DNA of 64,000 bases, taken from positions 87,136-151,135 of the forward strand of contig JAZLBP010000010.1 in assembly GCA_045613745.1 (NCBI GenBank), read 5' to 3'. The notes beneath the pieces were generated by a model. The model saw only the letters and a list, made by a program, of their open reading frames with translations. It did no database searches and was not told the origin of the DNA. This document shows, piece by piece, positions 28,443 through 38,356 of this stretch (positions are counted from its first letter, which is position 1; every line of letters starts with the position of its first letter). The stretch comes from Rikenellaceae bacterium (GTDB taxonomy: Bacteria > Bacteroidota > Bacteroidia > Bacteroidales > Rikenellaceae). The translations under genes and the position numbers were made by a program.

Positions 28443-29318
28443 GTGAAGATTACATCAGTACTTGTATCGCAACCACGACCCGCGGCTGTCGAGAAGTCGC
28501 CTTTCTATGAAGTTTCACAAAAATGTGAGCTGGAAATCGAATATTCGCCCCTGATCAAAGTCGAGGGTGTTTCGCTCAAGGAGTTCCGCTCACAAAGGAT
28601 TGAGGTGTTGGACCACACGGCTCTGATTTTCACCAGCCGTACTACTGTGGATAGTTTCTTCAAAGTGTGCGAACAGGCCCGTATCACCGTGCCCGAAACA
28701 ATGAAATACTTGTGCAGCACTGAGGCTATCGCTTTGTATCTCCAAAAATACATCGTATATCGCAAACGCAAAATCTCGTTTGCCGACGGCTCCTTCACTG
28801 GACTGATGGACCTTATCATCAAACACAAAACCGAGAAATTGCTGCTCACACTCACCGAGCCTCACAAACCCGAGTTGATTCAGACTATGGAGAAACTCAA
28901 AATCAAATTCGACAAAATCGTGTTGGCACACACCGTGAGCGCCGACCTCTCGGCTATCGACCCTGCAAAGTATCAACTCGCAGTGTTGTACAGCCCCGCC
29001 GAGGTAACCGCATTTATGAACGGTTGGAGCGAGGAGAAACGCCCTATGATTGCAACTTTTGGCGACGGTACAACCCGCTTCGCCATCAACAACGGACTCA
29101 ACGTAAGCGTTATGGCACCCACTCCCCAAGCGCCCTCGATGGCCAAAGCCGTTGAGTTGTTCGTAAGCAAAATCAATGCGGGCGAGGAGGTTGAGCCCAT
29201 TGTTTTGGAGGACAACCACCAAGCCGAGGATTTTGTAAAGGCAGTTCAAGCCAAGGACAGCCGTCGTTACAAAACCAAAAAGTCCACAACAACGGCAACT
29301 ACCACAACAAAAAAATAG
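28443..29318 (+). CDS. hemD: Uroporphyrinogen-III synthase-like protein (HemD family)
   Basis: The HemD-like N-terminus is SVLVSQPRP...IEYSPLIKVE...ALIFTSRTTVDSFF. The ORF has a GTG start and a Thr/Lys-rich tail. Confidence 0.7.
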   Translation: MKITSVLVSQPRPAAVEKSPFYEVSQKCELEIEYSPLIKVEGVSLKEFRSQRIEVLDHTALIFTSRTTVDSFFKVCEQARITVPETMKYLCSTEAIALYLQKYIVYRKRKISFADGSFTGLMDLIIKHKTEKLLLTLTEPHKPELIQTMEKLKIKFDKIVLAHTVSADLSAIDPAKYQLAVLYSPAEVTAFMNGWSEEKRPMIATFGDGTTRFAINNGLNVSVMAPTPQAPSMAKAVELFVSKINAGEEVEPIVLEDNHQAEDFVKAVQAKDSRRYKTKKSTTTATTTTKK

Positions 29319-29334
29319 AAGGGTCTTAAACAAG

Positions 29335-29799
29335 ATGACTCTGTCGCACATAAATGAAAACGAGATTCTACCTCCCCGCGAAATGCATGAATCATTCTGC
29401 GAGGAGGTAGAACTTTGCAACTCGCTCTCCAAGCGCGAGATACTGCGCACACCCGCCGTCATCGACTCGCTGTTTGCAAAGGGACGCAGGGGCACCGTGG
29501 CACCCATTCGTTATGTGTGGCAAGTAATTCGTGGCACCGAGCAAACCTCCGCCGAGGGTGTGGGTATTATGTTCTCGGTACCCAAAAAGTTCTTCAAGCG
29601 TGCCAACAAGCGCAACCTGTTGCGTCGTCGCATGAAGGAGAGCTATCGTCAGGCAAAGCACGACCTCGTTCGCGAGGCTGCCGAGAAGGGCATCTCACTC
29701 AACATCGCCCTGATTTACACATCAAAAGAGATTTCAGATTACAACACCATCAACAATGTCGTGTGCAGAATTTTGGAGCAGATTCGCGAGCGTCTGTAA
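29335..29799 (+). CDS. rnpA: Ribonuclease P protein component
   Basis: [26 protein letters not shown] motif. The true start may lie further downstream. Confidence 0.85.
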   Translation: MTLSHINENEILPPREMHESFCEEVELCNSLSKREILRTPAVIDSLFAKGRRGTVAPIRYVWQVIRGTEQTSAEGVGIMFSVPKKFFKRANKRNLLRRRMKESYRQAKHDLVREAAEKGISLNIALIYTSKEISDYNTINNVVCRILEQIRERL

Positions 29800-30016
29800 A
29801 CGTATATTGGTGTTTCCCGCCATCGCACTGGTACGTTTCTACCAGCTATGCATATCACCTCTGACACCTCCGTCGTGTCGATTCACCCCAACGTGTTCAC
29901 AATACGCCATCCAGGCCCTGCGCAAGCACGGCATATTCAAAGGCGGATGGCTCACAATAAAACGCATAGCTCGTTGCCACCCTTGGGGCGGCAGCGGCTA
30001 CGACCCCGTGCCGTAG
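29756..30016 (+). CDS. yidD: Membrane protein insertion efficiency factor
   Basis: [23 protein letters not shown]...[13 protein letters not shown] motif. Confidence 0.9.
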   Translation: MSCAEFWSRFASVCKRILVFPAIALVRFYQLCISPLTPPSCRFTPTCSQYAIQALRKHGIFKGGWLTIKRIARCHPWGGSGYDPVP

Positions 30017-30021
30017 TGCAT

Positions 30022-30070
30022 GTTCTTTTTGAGTCATCAAAAAGAACCAAAAAATGACCCGCAGACCGGG
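30022..30070 (+). repeat. Two-hairpin module (palindrome GTTCTTTTTGA-N4-TCAAAAAGAAC plus a GC hairpin), copy 2, after yidD
   Basis: Starts 6 nt after the yidD stop codon and matches 16291-16332 in reverse complement. Confidence 0.65.
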
Positions 30071-30076
30071 GGTGTA

Positions 30077-30118
30077 AATACAAAAGGAGTCCCACTTTGC
30101 AGGACTCCTTTTGTATTT
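30077..30118. terminator. Bidirectional terminator between yidD and mtaB
   Basis: AAATACAAAAGGAGTCC-loop-GGACTCCTTTTGTATTT. Confidence 0.7.
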
Positions 30119-30169
30119 ATATAAACCACGGACGGGACATTTTGATTCATTGACAAATCAAATGAACAA

Positions 30170-31438
30170 TTACAACACAATATTATCCTCGGTCAAGGTT
30201 ACATCTACAATAGTATTAGCCAGCGACTTATCGTAGGGAATGGCGACTTTGACGTAGTTACCCGTAAAGCCTGTCATAAGACCATTTTTGGAGGCGTTTT
30301 CGAACAGCACGGGCAGGGTGCGACCTACCTGCGAGAGGCAGAACTCGCGGTGCAGACGCTGACACAACTCATCAAGACGTGCAGCGCGCTCGGTCTTAAC
30401 ACTCGCCTTCACTTGACCCTTCATCGAGTAGGCGGGGGTGCCTGGACGTGCCGAGAAGGGGAAAATGTGCAGATAGGCGGGGTGCAAACGCTCCAACAAC
30501 AAGTAGGTAGCCTCAAACTCCTCGTCGGTCTCGCCGGGGAAACCGACAATAACATCAATACCGAAGAATGTGTCGGGCATAAGGCTGCGTACCTTGGCTA
30601 TGCGGTCGGCAAAACGCTCGGTGTTGTAGCGACGACCCATACGTTCCAACACGGTGTCAGAACCACTCTGAATAGGAATATGGAAGTGGGGTTGGAACTT
30701 CGACGACGCGGCGCAGAACTCGGCAACCTCGTCGGTGAGCAGGTTAGGCTCGATGGAGGAGATGCGATAGCGGTCGATACCCTCGACGGTGTCCAACGCA
30801 CGAATAAGGTCGATGAAACTCTCGCCCGTAGAGTGGCCGAAGTCACCCACATTGATACCCGTCAGGACAATCTCGCGAACACCCGATGCGGCAATCTCGC
30901 GTGCTTCCTCTACCAGCTGCGCAATGGGAGCATTGCGGCTCGAACCACGCGCGTAATGTATTGTGCAATAAGCACATTTGTAATCGCATCCGTCTTGCAC
31001 TTTTAGGAACGATCGGGTGCGGTCGCCTTGCGAGAAGGCGGCAAAAAAGTTTGTCAGTTCGGAAGTTTCACAACTCAAAACCTTGGCCTCGGAGCGCGCT
31101 CCCAGAGCCATAACCTCGTCGAAGAGGTCGGCCTTGCTGCGGTTCGACAACACGATATCTACACCCTCGATGGCTGCAATTTCGTGGGGTTTGAGTTGGG
31201 CATAGCAACCCGTCACTGCGATTATGGCCTGCGGATTGCGCGTGTGGCAACGTCGCACAATATTACGACACTTTTTGTCGGCGTGCTCGGTGACCGAACA
31301 GCTGTTAATCACATAGACATCAGCCTCGGCCGCAGGGGCTACGCGGACATAACCTGCCGACTCAAAACGGCGGGCAAGAGTGGAAGATTCGGCGAAGTTG
31401 ACCTTGCAACCGAGAGTATGGAATGCGACTCGTTTCAT
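30170..31438 (-). CDS. mtaB: tRNA (N6-threonylcarbamoyladenosine-37) methylthiotransferase, MiaB-like
   Basis: FHTLGCKVNFAES (UPF0004 domain) and the CDYKCAYC radical SAM motif. 422 aa. Confidence 0.88.
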   Translation of the reverse strand: MKRVAFHTLGCKVNFAESSTLARRFESAGYVRVAPAAEADVYVINSCSVTEHADKKCRNIVRRCHTRNPQAIIAVTGCYAQLKPHEIAAIEGVDIVLSNRSKADLFDEVMALGARSEAKVLSCETSELTNFFAAFSQGDRTRSFLKVQDGCDYKCAYCTIHYARGSSRNAPIAQLVEEAREIAASGVREIVLTGINVGDFGHSTGESFIDLIRALDTVEGIDRYRISSIEPNLLTDEVAEFCAASSKFQPHFHIPIQSGSDTVLERMGRRYNTERFADRIAKVRSLMPDTFFGIDVIVGFPGETDEEFEATYLLLERLHPAYLHIFPFSARPGTPAYSMKGQVKASVKTERAARLDELCQRLHREFCLSQVGRTLPVLFENASKNGLMTGFTGNYVKVAIPYDKSLANTIVDVTLTEDNIVL

Positions 31439-31518
31439 AGTTAATGTGCGAATTTGTCGCTACGAAAGTACAAAAACCGCGAGAATCAAGCAAAAAGGAT
31501 AGGATTTTTTGCGCAAAA

Positions 31519-32388
31519 ATGGTAAATTTGCGCGCATTAATTACAGAAGGATTGGAAACACTCATCGAGATATTGGGCTATCGCTTTATGCAGAACGCAC
31601 TTTTGGCGGCTCTGTTTTCGGGCGTAACCTGCGGAATTATCGGCTCATACATCGTGGCACGACGCAATGTTTTTCTGAGCGGCGGCATCACACACGCCTC
31701 GTTTGGCGGTATCGGCCTTGCATACTACACGGGACTCAATCCCATACTTGGAGCTACCATCTTTGCCGTAGCGGCAGCACTCGGAATCGAACTTTCGACA
31801 CAGAGGGGAGGCATCCGACAAGACTCGGCAACGGGTATTGTGTGGAGCGTGGGTATGGCTCTAGGTATCATCTTCATTCACCTCACACCCGGCTACACTC
31901 CCGACGCTACGGGCATCCTGTTTGGAAATATTTTGGCTGTAAGCCGACCGACCATTGTGGCCGCGGCTGTGCTTACAGCGGTGGTAATCGCAATTTTCGC
32001 CATCTGGCAACGAGCAATATTCTATGCCGCCTTCGATGGCGAGTTTGCGCGCAGCCAGGGTGTCAACACTTCGCTGATTTCGTACGGAATGGCCGTGCTG
32101 ACGGCGCTGACCATCGTTCTGTCGATTCAGGCGGTGGGTATCGTGCTGTTGATTTCGCTGCTCACGTTCCCCGCAACCATCGTAGGACAAGTCACCAAAT
32201 CGTACAGCAAAATCACTTGGTGGAGCGCCGCAGTAGCCGTTGTGGCGGGCGTTGCAGGCCTTGCAGCAAGCTACCAAATGAATATTCCCGCAGGTGCAGC
32301 GACAATATTTGTGCTGGCGGCTTCGCTTATTGTGGTAAAATTATTAACTTTGTGTTTTAAACACACCTCGACCTTGAAATGTAAATGA
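31519..32388 (+). CDS. Metal ABC transporter permease (ABC-3 / ZnuB-MntB family)
   Basis: Polytopic, with ABC-3-like sequence throughout. No cognate ATPase or binding protein occurs in the window. The start is uncertain (31519, or a later Met). Confidence 0.75.
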   Translation: MVNLRALITEGLETLIEILGYRFMQNALLAALFSGVTCGIIGSYIVARRNVFLSGGITHASFGGIGLAYYTGLNPILGATIFAVAAALGIELSTQRGGIRQDSATGIVWSVGMALGIIFIHLTPGYTPDATGILFGNILAVSRPTIVAAAVLTAVVIAIFAIWQRAIFYAAFDGEFARSQGVNTSLISYGMAVLTALTIVLSIQAVGIVLLISLLTFPATIVGQVTKSYSKITWWSAAVAVVAGVAGLAASYQMNIPAGAATIFVLAASLIVVKLLTLCFKHTSTLKCK

Positions 32389-33842
32389 AAACCATAGATA
32401 AATTTACACTCCGTTCGTTTCTGGGCCCGCTACTGGCGTCGTTCTTCATCATCATGTTCGTGTTGATGATGAACGCGGTGTGGCGTTTCATCGACGATCT
32501 GGTGGGCAAGGGACTCGGACTCGGAACAATCGCCGAGTTGATTTTCTATGCGATTGCCAACCTTATTCCGCTTGGTCTGCCCCTTGTGGCGCTGTTTGCC
32601 GCCATCCTGACTATGAGTAATATGGGCGAGAGCTACGAACTGCTGGCTATGAAGTCGGCAGGTATGAGTCTGCCGCGAATTATGCGACCGCTGATTGTGG
32701 TGGCTGCGCTGTTCTCGATAGGCAGTTTCTTTGTGGCAAACAACTACGTTCCCTATGCCAACCAGCAGATGATGTCGATTCTGTATGACATCAAACAACA
32801 GAAACAGGAGATGGAGTTCAAGGACGGCGCCTTCTTCAACGGTATCGACGATATGAGTATCCGCGTGGAGCACCAAGATCCCGAGACCAAGTGTCTGTAC
32901 AAGGTGCTGATTTACGATAACCGCGACAAGAAGGGCGCAATGACCGTAACTCTGGCGGACTCGGGTTATATCCGTCTGTCGGAAAACAAAAAATTCCTGC
33001 TGGTGACGCTGTTCAATGGCGAGACCTACGAGGAGACTCGCGGCAAGGAGTGGGTAACGGGTGCTATGCGCCACCACAAATTTGCAAAGCAGGATGGCTG
33101 TATCCCCACATCGGGTTTTGTTGTCGAGAAGAGCGACCGCTCGATGTTTGGCGGCAGTCAGACCAAAAATATGGAGGAACTCGACAAGGACATCGACTCG
33201 CTGGAGCACACCGTAAACGTTGTGACCGCCAAGTCGTATGAGCCTCTGCTCAAAAACTACGTCTTCACCAACGACCCTCTGCGCATTATCGCACCCGACA
33301 GCTCGGCACGTGATGGCGAGATTAGAGTATTGGCTGACCTGCGCGACAGCATCAAACGCCGCAGTATCGACGACAAGGTGCGCATCCTCAACGACGCCTA
33401 CCGCAATGCTATGAGTTCGAGCAACGTGGTTACCTACGACGAGTATTCGAGCAAGGAGGCACTCAACCAGCTCTACCGCTCGCGCATCGAGTGGCACCGC
33501 AAGTTGGCGCTGCCCGTATCGGTAATGATTTTCTTCTTGATTGGCGCGCCGCTGGGAGCTATCATCCGCAAGGGTGGTCTCGGTATGTCGGTGTTGATTT
33601 CGGTAATCTTCTTTGTGATTTACTATGTAATCATCCTGATGGGCGAGAAGATGGCCCGCGACGGCGTTATGCCCGCCTACGTCGGAATGTGGATTTCGAC
33701 CTACATACTATTCCCGATAGCAGTTTATCTGACATACAAGGCTACCACCGACTCCAACCTCATGAGTGGCGACTGGTACTACAACCAATGGATTCGCCTT
33801 CGCGAGTGGGCCGAAGAACACGGACTGAAAAAACGAAAATAA
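32385..33842 (+). CDS. LptF/LptG-family permease (YjgP/YjgQ)
   Basis: IDKFTLRSFLGPLLASFFIIMFVLMMN is a typical N-terminus. ATGA overlap with the upstream permease. Confidence 0.85.
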   Translation: MKTIDKFTLRSFLGPLLASFFIIMFVLMMNAVWRFIDDLVGKGLGLGTIAELIFYAIANLIPLGLPLVALFAAILTMSNMGESYELLAMKSAGMSLPRIMRPLIVVAALFSIGSFFVANNYVPYANQQMMSILYDIKQQKQEMEFKDGAFFNGIDDMSIRVEHQDPETKCLYKVLIYDNRDKKGAMTVTLADSGYIRLSENKKFLLVTLFNGETYEETRGKEWVTGAMRHHKFAKQDGCIPTSGFVVEKSDRSMFGGSQTKNMEELDKDIDSLEHTVNVVTAKSYEPLLKNYVFTNDPLRIIAPDSSARDGEIRVLADLRDSIKRRSIDDKVRILNDAYRNAMSSSNVVTYDEYSSKEALNQLYRSRIEWHRKLALPVSVMIFFLIGAPLGAIIRKGGLGMSVLISVIFFVIYYVIILMGEKMARDGVMPAYVGMWISTYILFPIAVYLTYKATTDSNLMSGDWYYNQWIRLREWAEEHGLKKRK

Positions 33843-33857
33843 AAAACATAACAAGAT

Positions 33858-35093
33858 ATGAGCGAACAAATTGTACTCAACACCATCGAAGAGGCATTGG
33901 AGGATTTCCGTGCCGGTAAGATAATTATCGTAGTGGACGACCCCGACCGCGAGAACGAAGGCGATTTTGTGTGCGCCGCCGAACTTATCACACCCGAAAC
34001 CGTAAACTTTATGTTACACCACGGTCGCGGTGTGCTGTGCGCCCCCATCACCGAAGACCGCTGCAAAGAGCTGGAGCTCGGAATGATGGAGAGCAACAAC
34101 ACCTCGCTGCTGGGTACACCCTTCACCGTTGCGGTTGACCTTCTGGGCGACGACTGCACCACAGGTGTGTGTGCCACCGACCGCGCCAAAACCATCCGCG
34201 CGTTGGCAAACCCCGCAACCCGTCCCGCAGACTTGGGACGCCCCGGCCACATCTTCCCCTTGCGTGCACGCAACAAAGGCGTACTGCGCCGCCCCGGACA
34301 CACCGAGGCTGCGGTGGACCTGGCCCGTCTGGCAGGACTCTATCCCGCAGGTGCTCTCATCGAGATTATGAACGAGGACGGAACTATGGCCCGTCTGCCC
34401 CAACTGATGGAGATTGCTGCCAAGTACGATATGAAAATCATCTCGATTGCCGACCTGATTGAGTATCGCCTGCGCACCGAGACCATCGTTGAGAAGGGCG
34501 AGATTGCCGAGATGCCTACCGAGTGGGGTTACTTCAAGATTATCCCCTTCCGCCAAAAGAGCAACGGCTTGGAGCACATTGCGCTGGTTAAGGGCGAGTG
34601 GGCAGAGAATGAGCCTGTGCTGGTTCGTATGCACTCGTCGTGCGCTACGGGCGATATCTTCGGTTCGTGCCGCTGCGACTGCGGTGAGCAACTCCACCAA
34701 GCAATGCGTATGGTTGAGCAAGAGGGCAAGGGTGCCATCGTTTATCTGAGCCAAGAGGGACGCGGCATCGGTCTGTTCAACAAGATTTCGGCCTACAAGC
34801 TCCAAGAGCAAGGTATGGACACTGTGGAGGCTAACTTGGCTCTCGGATTCAAGGCCGATGAGCGTGACTATGGCGTAGGTGCAAGCATCCTGCGCGAGTT
34901 GGGTATCAACAAGATGCGTCTGATGACCAACAACCCGCTTAAACGTGTGGGCTTGGAGGGTTACGGCCTGTCGATTGAGGAGATTGTTCCCATTGTGATT
35001 GCTCCCAACAAGTACAACCGCGACTACCTCAACACCAAAGAGACTCAAATGGGTCACACCCTGGGTTTGTGTAGCAAACAAAACAAACAATAA
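33858..35093 (+). CDS. ribBA: Bifunctional 3,4-dihydroxy-2-butanone-4-phosphate synthase / GTP cyclohydrolase II
   Basis: [12 protein letters not shown] (RibB) and [18 protein letters not shown] (RibA zinc site). Confidence 0.95.
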   Translation: MSEQIVLNTIEEALEDFRAGKIIIVVDDPDRENEGDFVCAAELITPETVNFMLHHGRGVLCAPITEDRCKELELGMMESNNTSLLGTPFTVAVDLLGDDCTTGVCATDRAKTIRALANPATRPADLGRPGHIFPLRARNKGVLRRPGHTEAAVDLARLAGLYPAGALIEIMNEDGTMARLPQLMEIAAKYDMKIISIADLIEYRLRTETIVEKGEIAEMPTEWGYFKIIPFRQKSNGLEHIALVKGEWAENEPVLVRMHSSCATGDIFGSCRCDCGEQLHQAMRMVEQEGKGAIVYLSQEGRGIGLFNKISAYKLQEQGMDTVEANLALGFKADERDYGVGASILRELGINKMRLMTNNPLKRVGLEGYGLSIEEIVPIVIAPNKYNRDYLNTKETQMGHTLGLCSKQNKQ

Positions 35094-35106
35094 GGAGCAC
35101 ACAGGT

Positions 35107-36075
35107 ATGAGCGGCAAGGATTTGAGAATCGTGTTTATGGGCACACCCGAATTTGCGGTGCACTCGCTTCGTGCGCTTGTCGAGGGTGGCTACAACATTG
35201 TGGCTGTGGTTACCACACCCGACAAACCCGCAGGTCGTGGCCAGAAGATGCACCAAAGTGATGTGAAGGTGTATGCCGAAAGCGTAGGACTGAAAGTGTT
35301 GCAACCCGTAAAACTCAAAGATGAGGAGTTTGTCGAGGAGTTCCGCGCACTGAATGCCGACCTTGGAGTGGTGATTGCGTTCCGTATGCTGCCCGAGGTT
35401 ATTTGGTCGATGCCCCGCTTGGGTACTTTCAACCTGCACGCCTCGCTGCTGCCCCAATATCGCGGCGCCGCCCCCATCAACTGGGCGGTAATCAATGGCG
35501 ACAAGGTGAGCGGTATCACAACCTTTATGCTCAAACACGAGATTGACACAGGCGATGTCATCGAACGCCGCGAGGTGGAGATTACCAACAATGATACCGC
35601 AGGCACCCTGCACGACAAACTGATGGAGGTGGGACGCGACGCAGTGCTCTCAACCGTCGAGAAGATTGCAGCCGGCGACTACGAGGCTATTCCGCAAGAC
35701 AACCTCACCGAAGGTGAGCTTCGTCCCGCGCCCAAAATCTTCAAGGAGGATTGCCGCATCGATTGGAAAAACGAAGGTGAGAAGATTGCCTTGCTCATCC
35801 GCGGACTTTCGCCCTACCCCGCTGCGTGGACACCTCTGTTCGACGCCGAGGGTAGCGAGTGTGGTTCTATCAAGATTTTCAAAGCACAATTTGTGGCGGG
35901 CGGAAGCCTTGCCGTAGGCGAAATAAAAGCTGACACACGCACTCTCGAAATTGGTTGCGCCGATGGCCGACTCTCGATTCTCGAACTGCAAATGGCAGGC
36001 AAACGTCGTATGGGCGTGGAGGATTTCCTGCGTGGAGTGCGCGACGTGGAGCGTTACAGCGCCCAGCAAAAATAA
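35107..36075 (+). CDS. fmt: Methionyl-tRNA formyltransferase
   Basis: RIVFMGTPEFAV and NLHASLLPQYRGAAPINWA motifs. Start set at the ATG at 35107. Confidence 0.93.
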   Translation: MSGKDLRIVFMGTPEFAVHSLRALVEGGYNIVAVVTTPDKPAGRGQKMHQSDVKVYAESVGLKVLQPVKLKDEEFVEEFRALNADLGVVIAFRMLPEVIWSMPRLGTFNLHASLLPQYRGAAPINWAVINGDKVSGITTFMLKHEIDTGDVIERREVEITNNDTAGTLHDKLMEVGRDAVLSTVEKIAAGDYEAIPQDNLTEGELRPAPKIFKEDCRIDWKNEGEKIALLIRGLSPYPAAWTPLFDAEGSECGSIKIFKAQFVAGGSLAVGEIKADTRTLEIGCADGRLSILELQMAGKRRMGVEDFLRGVRDVERYSAQQK

Positions 36076-36099
36076 CAACACAACAAAGCGAAAACCACT

Positions 36100-36891
36100 A
36101 TGAATATCAAGTTCAATAAGTTTCGTTTGAACACCGCAAACATCCGAATCAAAAGTCTGCGCAGCAAAGTTATGCTGGGCTTCCTCGGATTGGTTGTACT
36201 ACTGCTCTTTTCGAGCGCCATCTCGCTGTTTGAGTTGCGCCACATCGGCTGGCAAACCCAAACCATCCTGGCAGAGAGCAACCGCAATATGACACTGGCG
36301 GGCGACCTGCTTGACGCCGTAGAGGAGCAAAACCACGCACTGCAACAGATGTTTCTGCGTGGCGATATGACCTACGATACGGTCTATTCCAAACGTCTGT
36401 CGGATCTGTCGGCGCGCCTCACTCTGGCTCGCGAGCAACAGACCGCAGGTATCGACTCGGTGGAGAGCGCTTTTGAGAGCTACACCGAGGTGGCCAAGTT
36501 CTATCGCATCCGCAGCGCCATTGGCGACGTGGAGTGGTATTCGACCGACTATGCCGAGGCCTATCGCAAACTGATTGCTGCCATTCGCGACTATATGGAG
36601 TCATCGCAGGTGGCTCTCGGTCCGCAAGCCCTGGCTATTGAGCATAACGCCTATCGCGCCATCACCCCGAGTGTGATTACCATTGGTGTGATTCTGATTA
36701 TTGTACTGATGTTGTGGTACTTCCTTGATATGTACGGCGTGCAGACCGTAACCAAGGTAAACCGCGCTTTGGGCGAATACCTCAAATACGGCATACCCTA
36801 CAACGCCAAAGTCAAAGGCAACGACGACATCGAAGAGCTCAGTGCCCGCATCGAGGAGTTGATTGCACGAACCGAAAAGAAAAACCGATAA
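36100..36891 (+). CDS. Membrane protein with an N-terminal MCP-type four-helix-bundle-like sensor region
   Basis: TM1, a helical ectodomain and TM2, with a short cytoplasmic tail and no output domain recognised. Confidence 0.55.
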   Translation: MNIKFNKFRLNTANIRIKSLRSKVMLGFLGLVVLLLFSSAISLFELRHIGWQTQTILAESNRNMTLAGDLLDAVEEQNHALQQMFLRGDMTYDTVYSKRLSDLSARLTLAREQQTAGIDSVESAFESYTEVAKFYRIRSAIGDVEWYSTDYAEAYRKLIAAIRDYMESSQVALGPQALAIEHNAYRAITPSVITIGVILIIVLMLWYFLDMYGVQTVTKVNRALGEYLKYGIPYNAKVKGNDDIEELSARIEELIARTEKKNR

Positions 36892-36912
36892 AGACCAAAC
36901 ACTCATCCCACT

Positions 36913-38346
36913 ATGAGAGCCAATATAGTAATGCGATATATGGGTTATGTGATGTTGCTCAACGCAGCCTTTATGCTGTTGTCGGCAGCCACAAGCCACT
37001 ACTTCGGCGACACGGCACTCTATCCGCTGTTGCTGTCGGGCGTACTGACGGCAGCCGTCGGAGCCATACCCATTATGTTCGTTCCGGGTGGCGAGAAAAT
37101 CAGCAACAAGGAGGGCTACTGCATTGTCGTTGGCTCGTGGATGATGTCGTGTCTGGTGGGTATGATGCCCTATCTGCTGTGGGGCGGAGAGTTCACGTTG
37201 GTCAACGCGTGGTTTGAGAGTGTGTCGGGCTACACCACAACGGGAGCCTCGATTCTCAAAAACATCGAAGCCGTACCCAAAGGACTGCTCTTCTGGCGCT
37301 CGGCGACCCACTGGATGGGAGGTATCGGCGTAGTTATGTTCGCGCTGGTGATTCTGCCCTCCATCGGCAAAACCAAGATGACAATTTCGAGTGTGGAGAT
37401 TTCTAACCTCGCCAAAGACAATTATCAGTACCGCAGCAACGTTATTATGCATATCCTGCTGTGGTGCTATGTGACTATGACGCTGGTCTGCACCGTGCTG
37501 TTGAAGATTTGCGGTATGAACTGGTTTGACGCAGTGAATCACGCATTCTCGGCAGTGGCTACGGGTGGTTTCAGCACCAAAAACCTGAGCGTCGGTGCAT
37601 TCCACAATGGCTGGGCAGAGTTGGTTTTGGCCTTCTTTATGTTGCTGTCGTCGATTCACTACGGAGTAATCTTCGCAACCATTACGGGCAAACACAACAA
37701 CCTGTTCCGCTCGGAGGTGGTGCGCTACTTCTTGGGATCGGTGGTCGTGTGTGGAGTTATCTGCGCCGTCAGCACCCGTTTGGGCGGATTGTACGACTCG
37801 TTTGGTCAGGCTCTGCGTGCGGGACTTTTCCAATGCGCATCGCTTGTGACCACAACGGGATTCGCCACCACAAATGTCTTTGCGTGGGGCTCCATTGCAA
37901 TGATGGCACTGCTGTTTATGTCGATTCAGTGCGGTTGCGCGGGCTCGACAAGTGGAGGACTCAAAGCCGACCGCGTGGTGCTGGCCTTCAAGGTGTTCAA
38001 GATGCGTATCAAACAACAGCAACACCCCAACGCTGTGATTCGTATCAAACTCAACGGACAGATTCAGGAGTCGGGCGTGGTGGACTACGCAATGCAGTTT
38101 GTTGTGGCATACGCATTGATGATTGCCGTAGGCGCTGTGGTATTTGCTATGTGCGGCTTCTCGTTCGACGGAGCAGTGTCGGCGTCGGTGGCAAGTATCG
38201 GCAATGTGGGTATGGAGGTGTGCGACTTCGGTGGCTTCCCCAATGCGCCCTCGTTTGTTAGATTCTTCTCGCCCGTACTGATGTTGTTCGGTCGTTTGGA
38301 GATTTTCGGATTCATTCAGTTGTTCTTGTTAAGTACTTGGAAATAA
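36913..38346 (+). CDS. trkH: TrkH/KtrB-family potassium uptake protein
   Basis: 477 aa and polytopic, with the repeated selectivity-filter-like motifs TTTGAS, ATGGFS and TTTGFA. Confidence 0.88.
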   Translation: MRANIVMRYMGYVMLLNAAFMLLSAATSHYFGDTALYPLLLSGVLTAAVGAIPIMFVPGGEKISNKEGYCIVVGSWMMSCLVGMMPYLLWGGEFTLVNAWFESVSGYTTTGASILKNIEAVPKGLLFWRSATHWMGGIGVVMFALVILPSIGKTKMTISSVEISNLAKDNYQYRSNVIMHILLWCYVTMTLVCTVLLKICGMNWFDAVNHAFSAVATGGFSTKNLSVGAFHNGWAELVLAFFMLLSSIHYGVIFATITGKHNNLFRSEVVRYFLGSVVVCGVICAVSTRLGGLYDSFGQALRAGLFQCASLVTTTGFATTNVFAWGSIAMMALLFMSIQCGCAGSTSGGLKADRVVLAFKVFKMRIKQQQHPNAVIRIKLNGQIQESGVVDYAMQFVVAYALMIAVGAVVFAMCGFSFDGAVSASVASIGNVGMEVCDFGGFPNAPSFVRFFSPVLMLFGRLEIFGFIQLFLLSTWK

Positions 38347-38356
38347 TTTTAGAGAG

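Noticed and set aside
33843-33857. Looked for an FMN riboswitch upstream of ribBA and purine or preQ1-type leaders upstream of purE, hpt and queE.
   Set aside because: Only 15 nt separate ribBA from the upstream gene, and the other leaders are short and lack the conserved riboswitch cores that I can recognise by eye.
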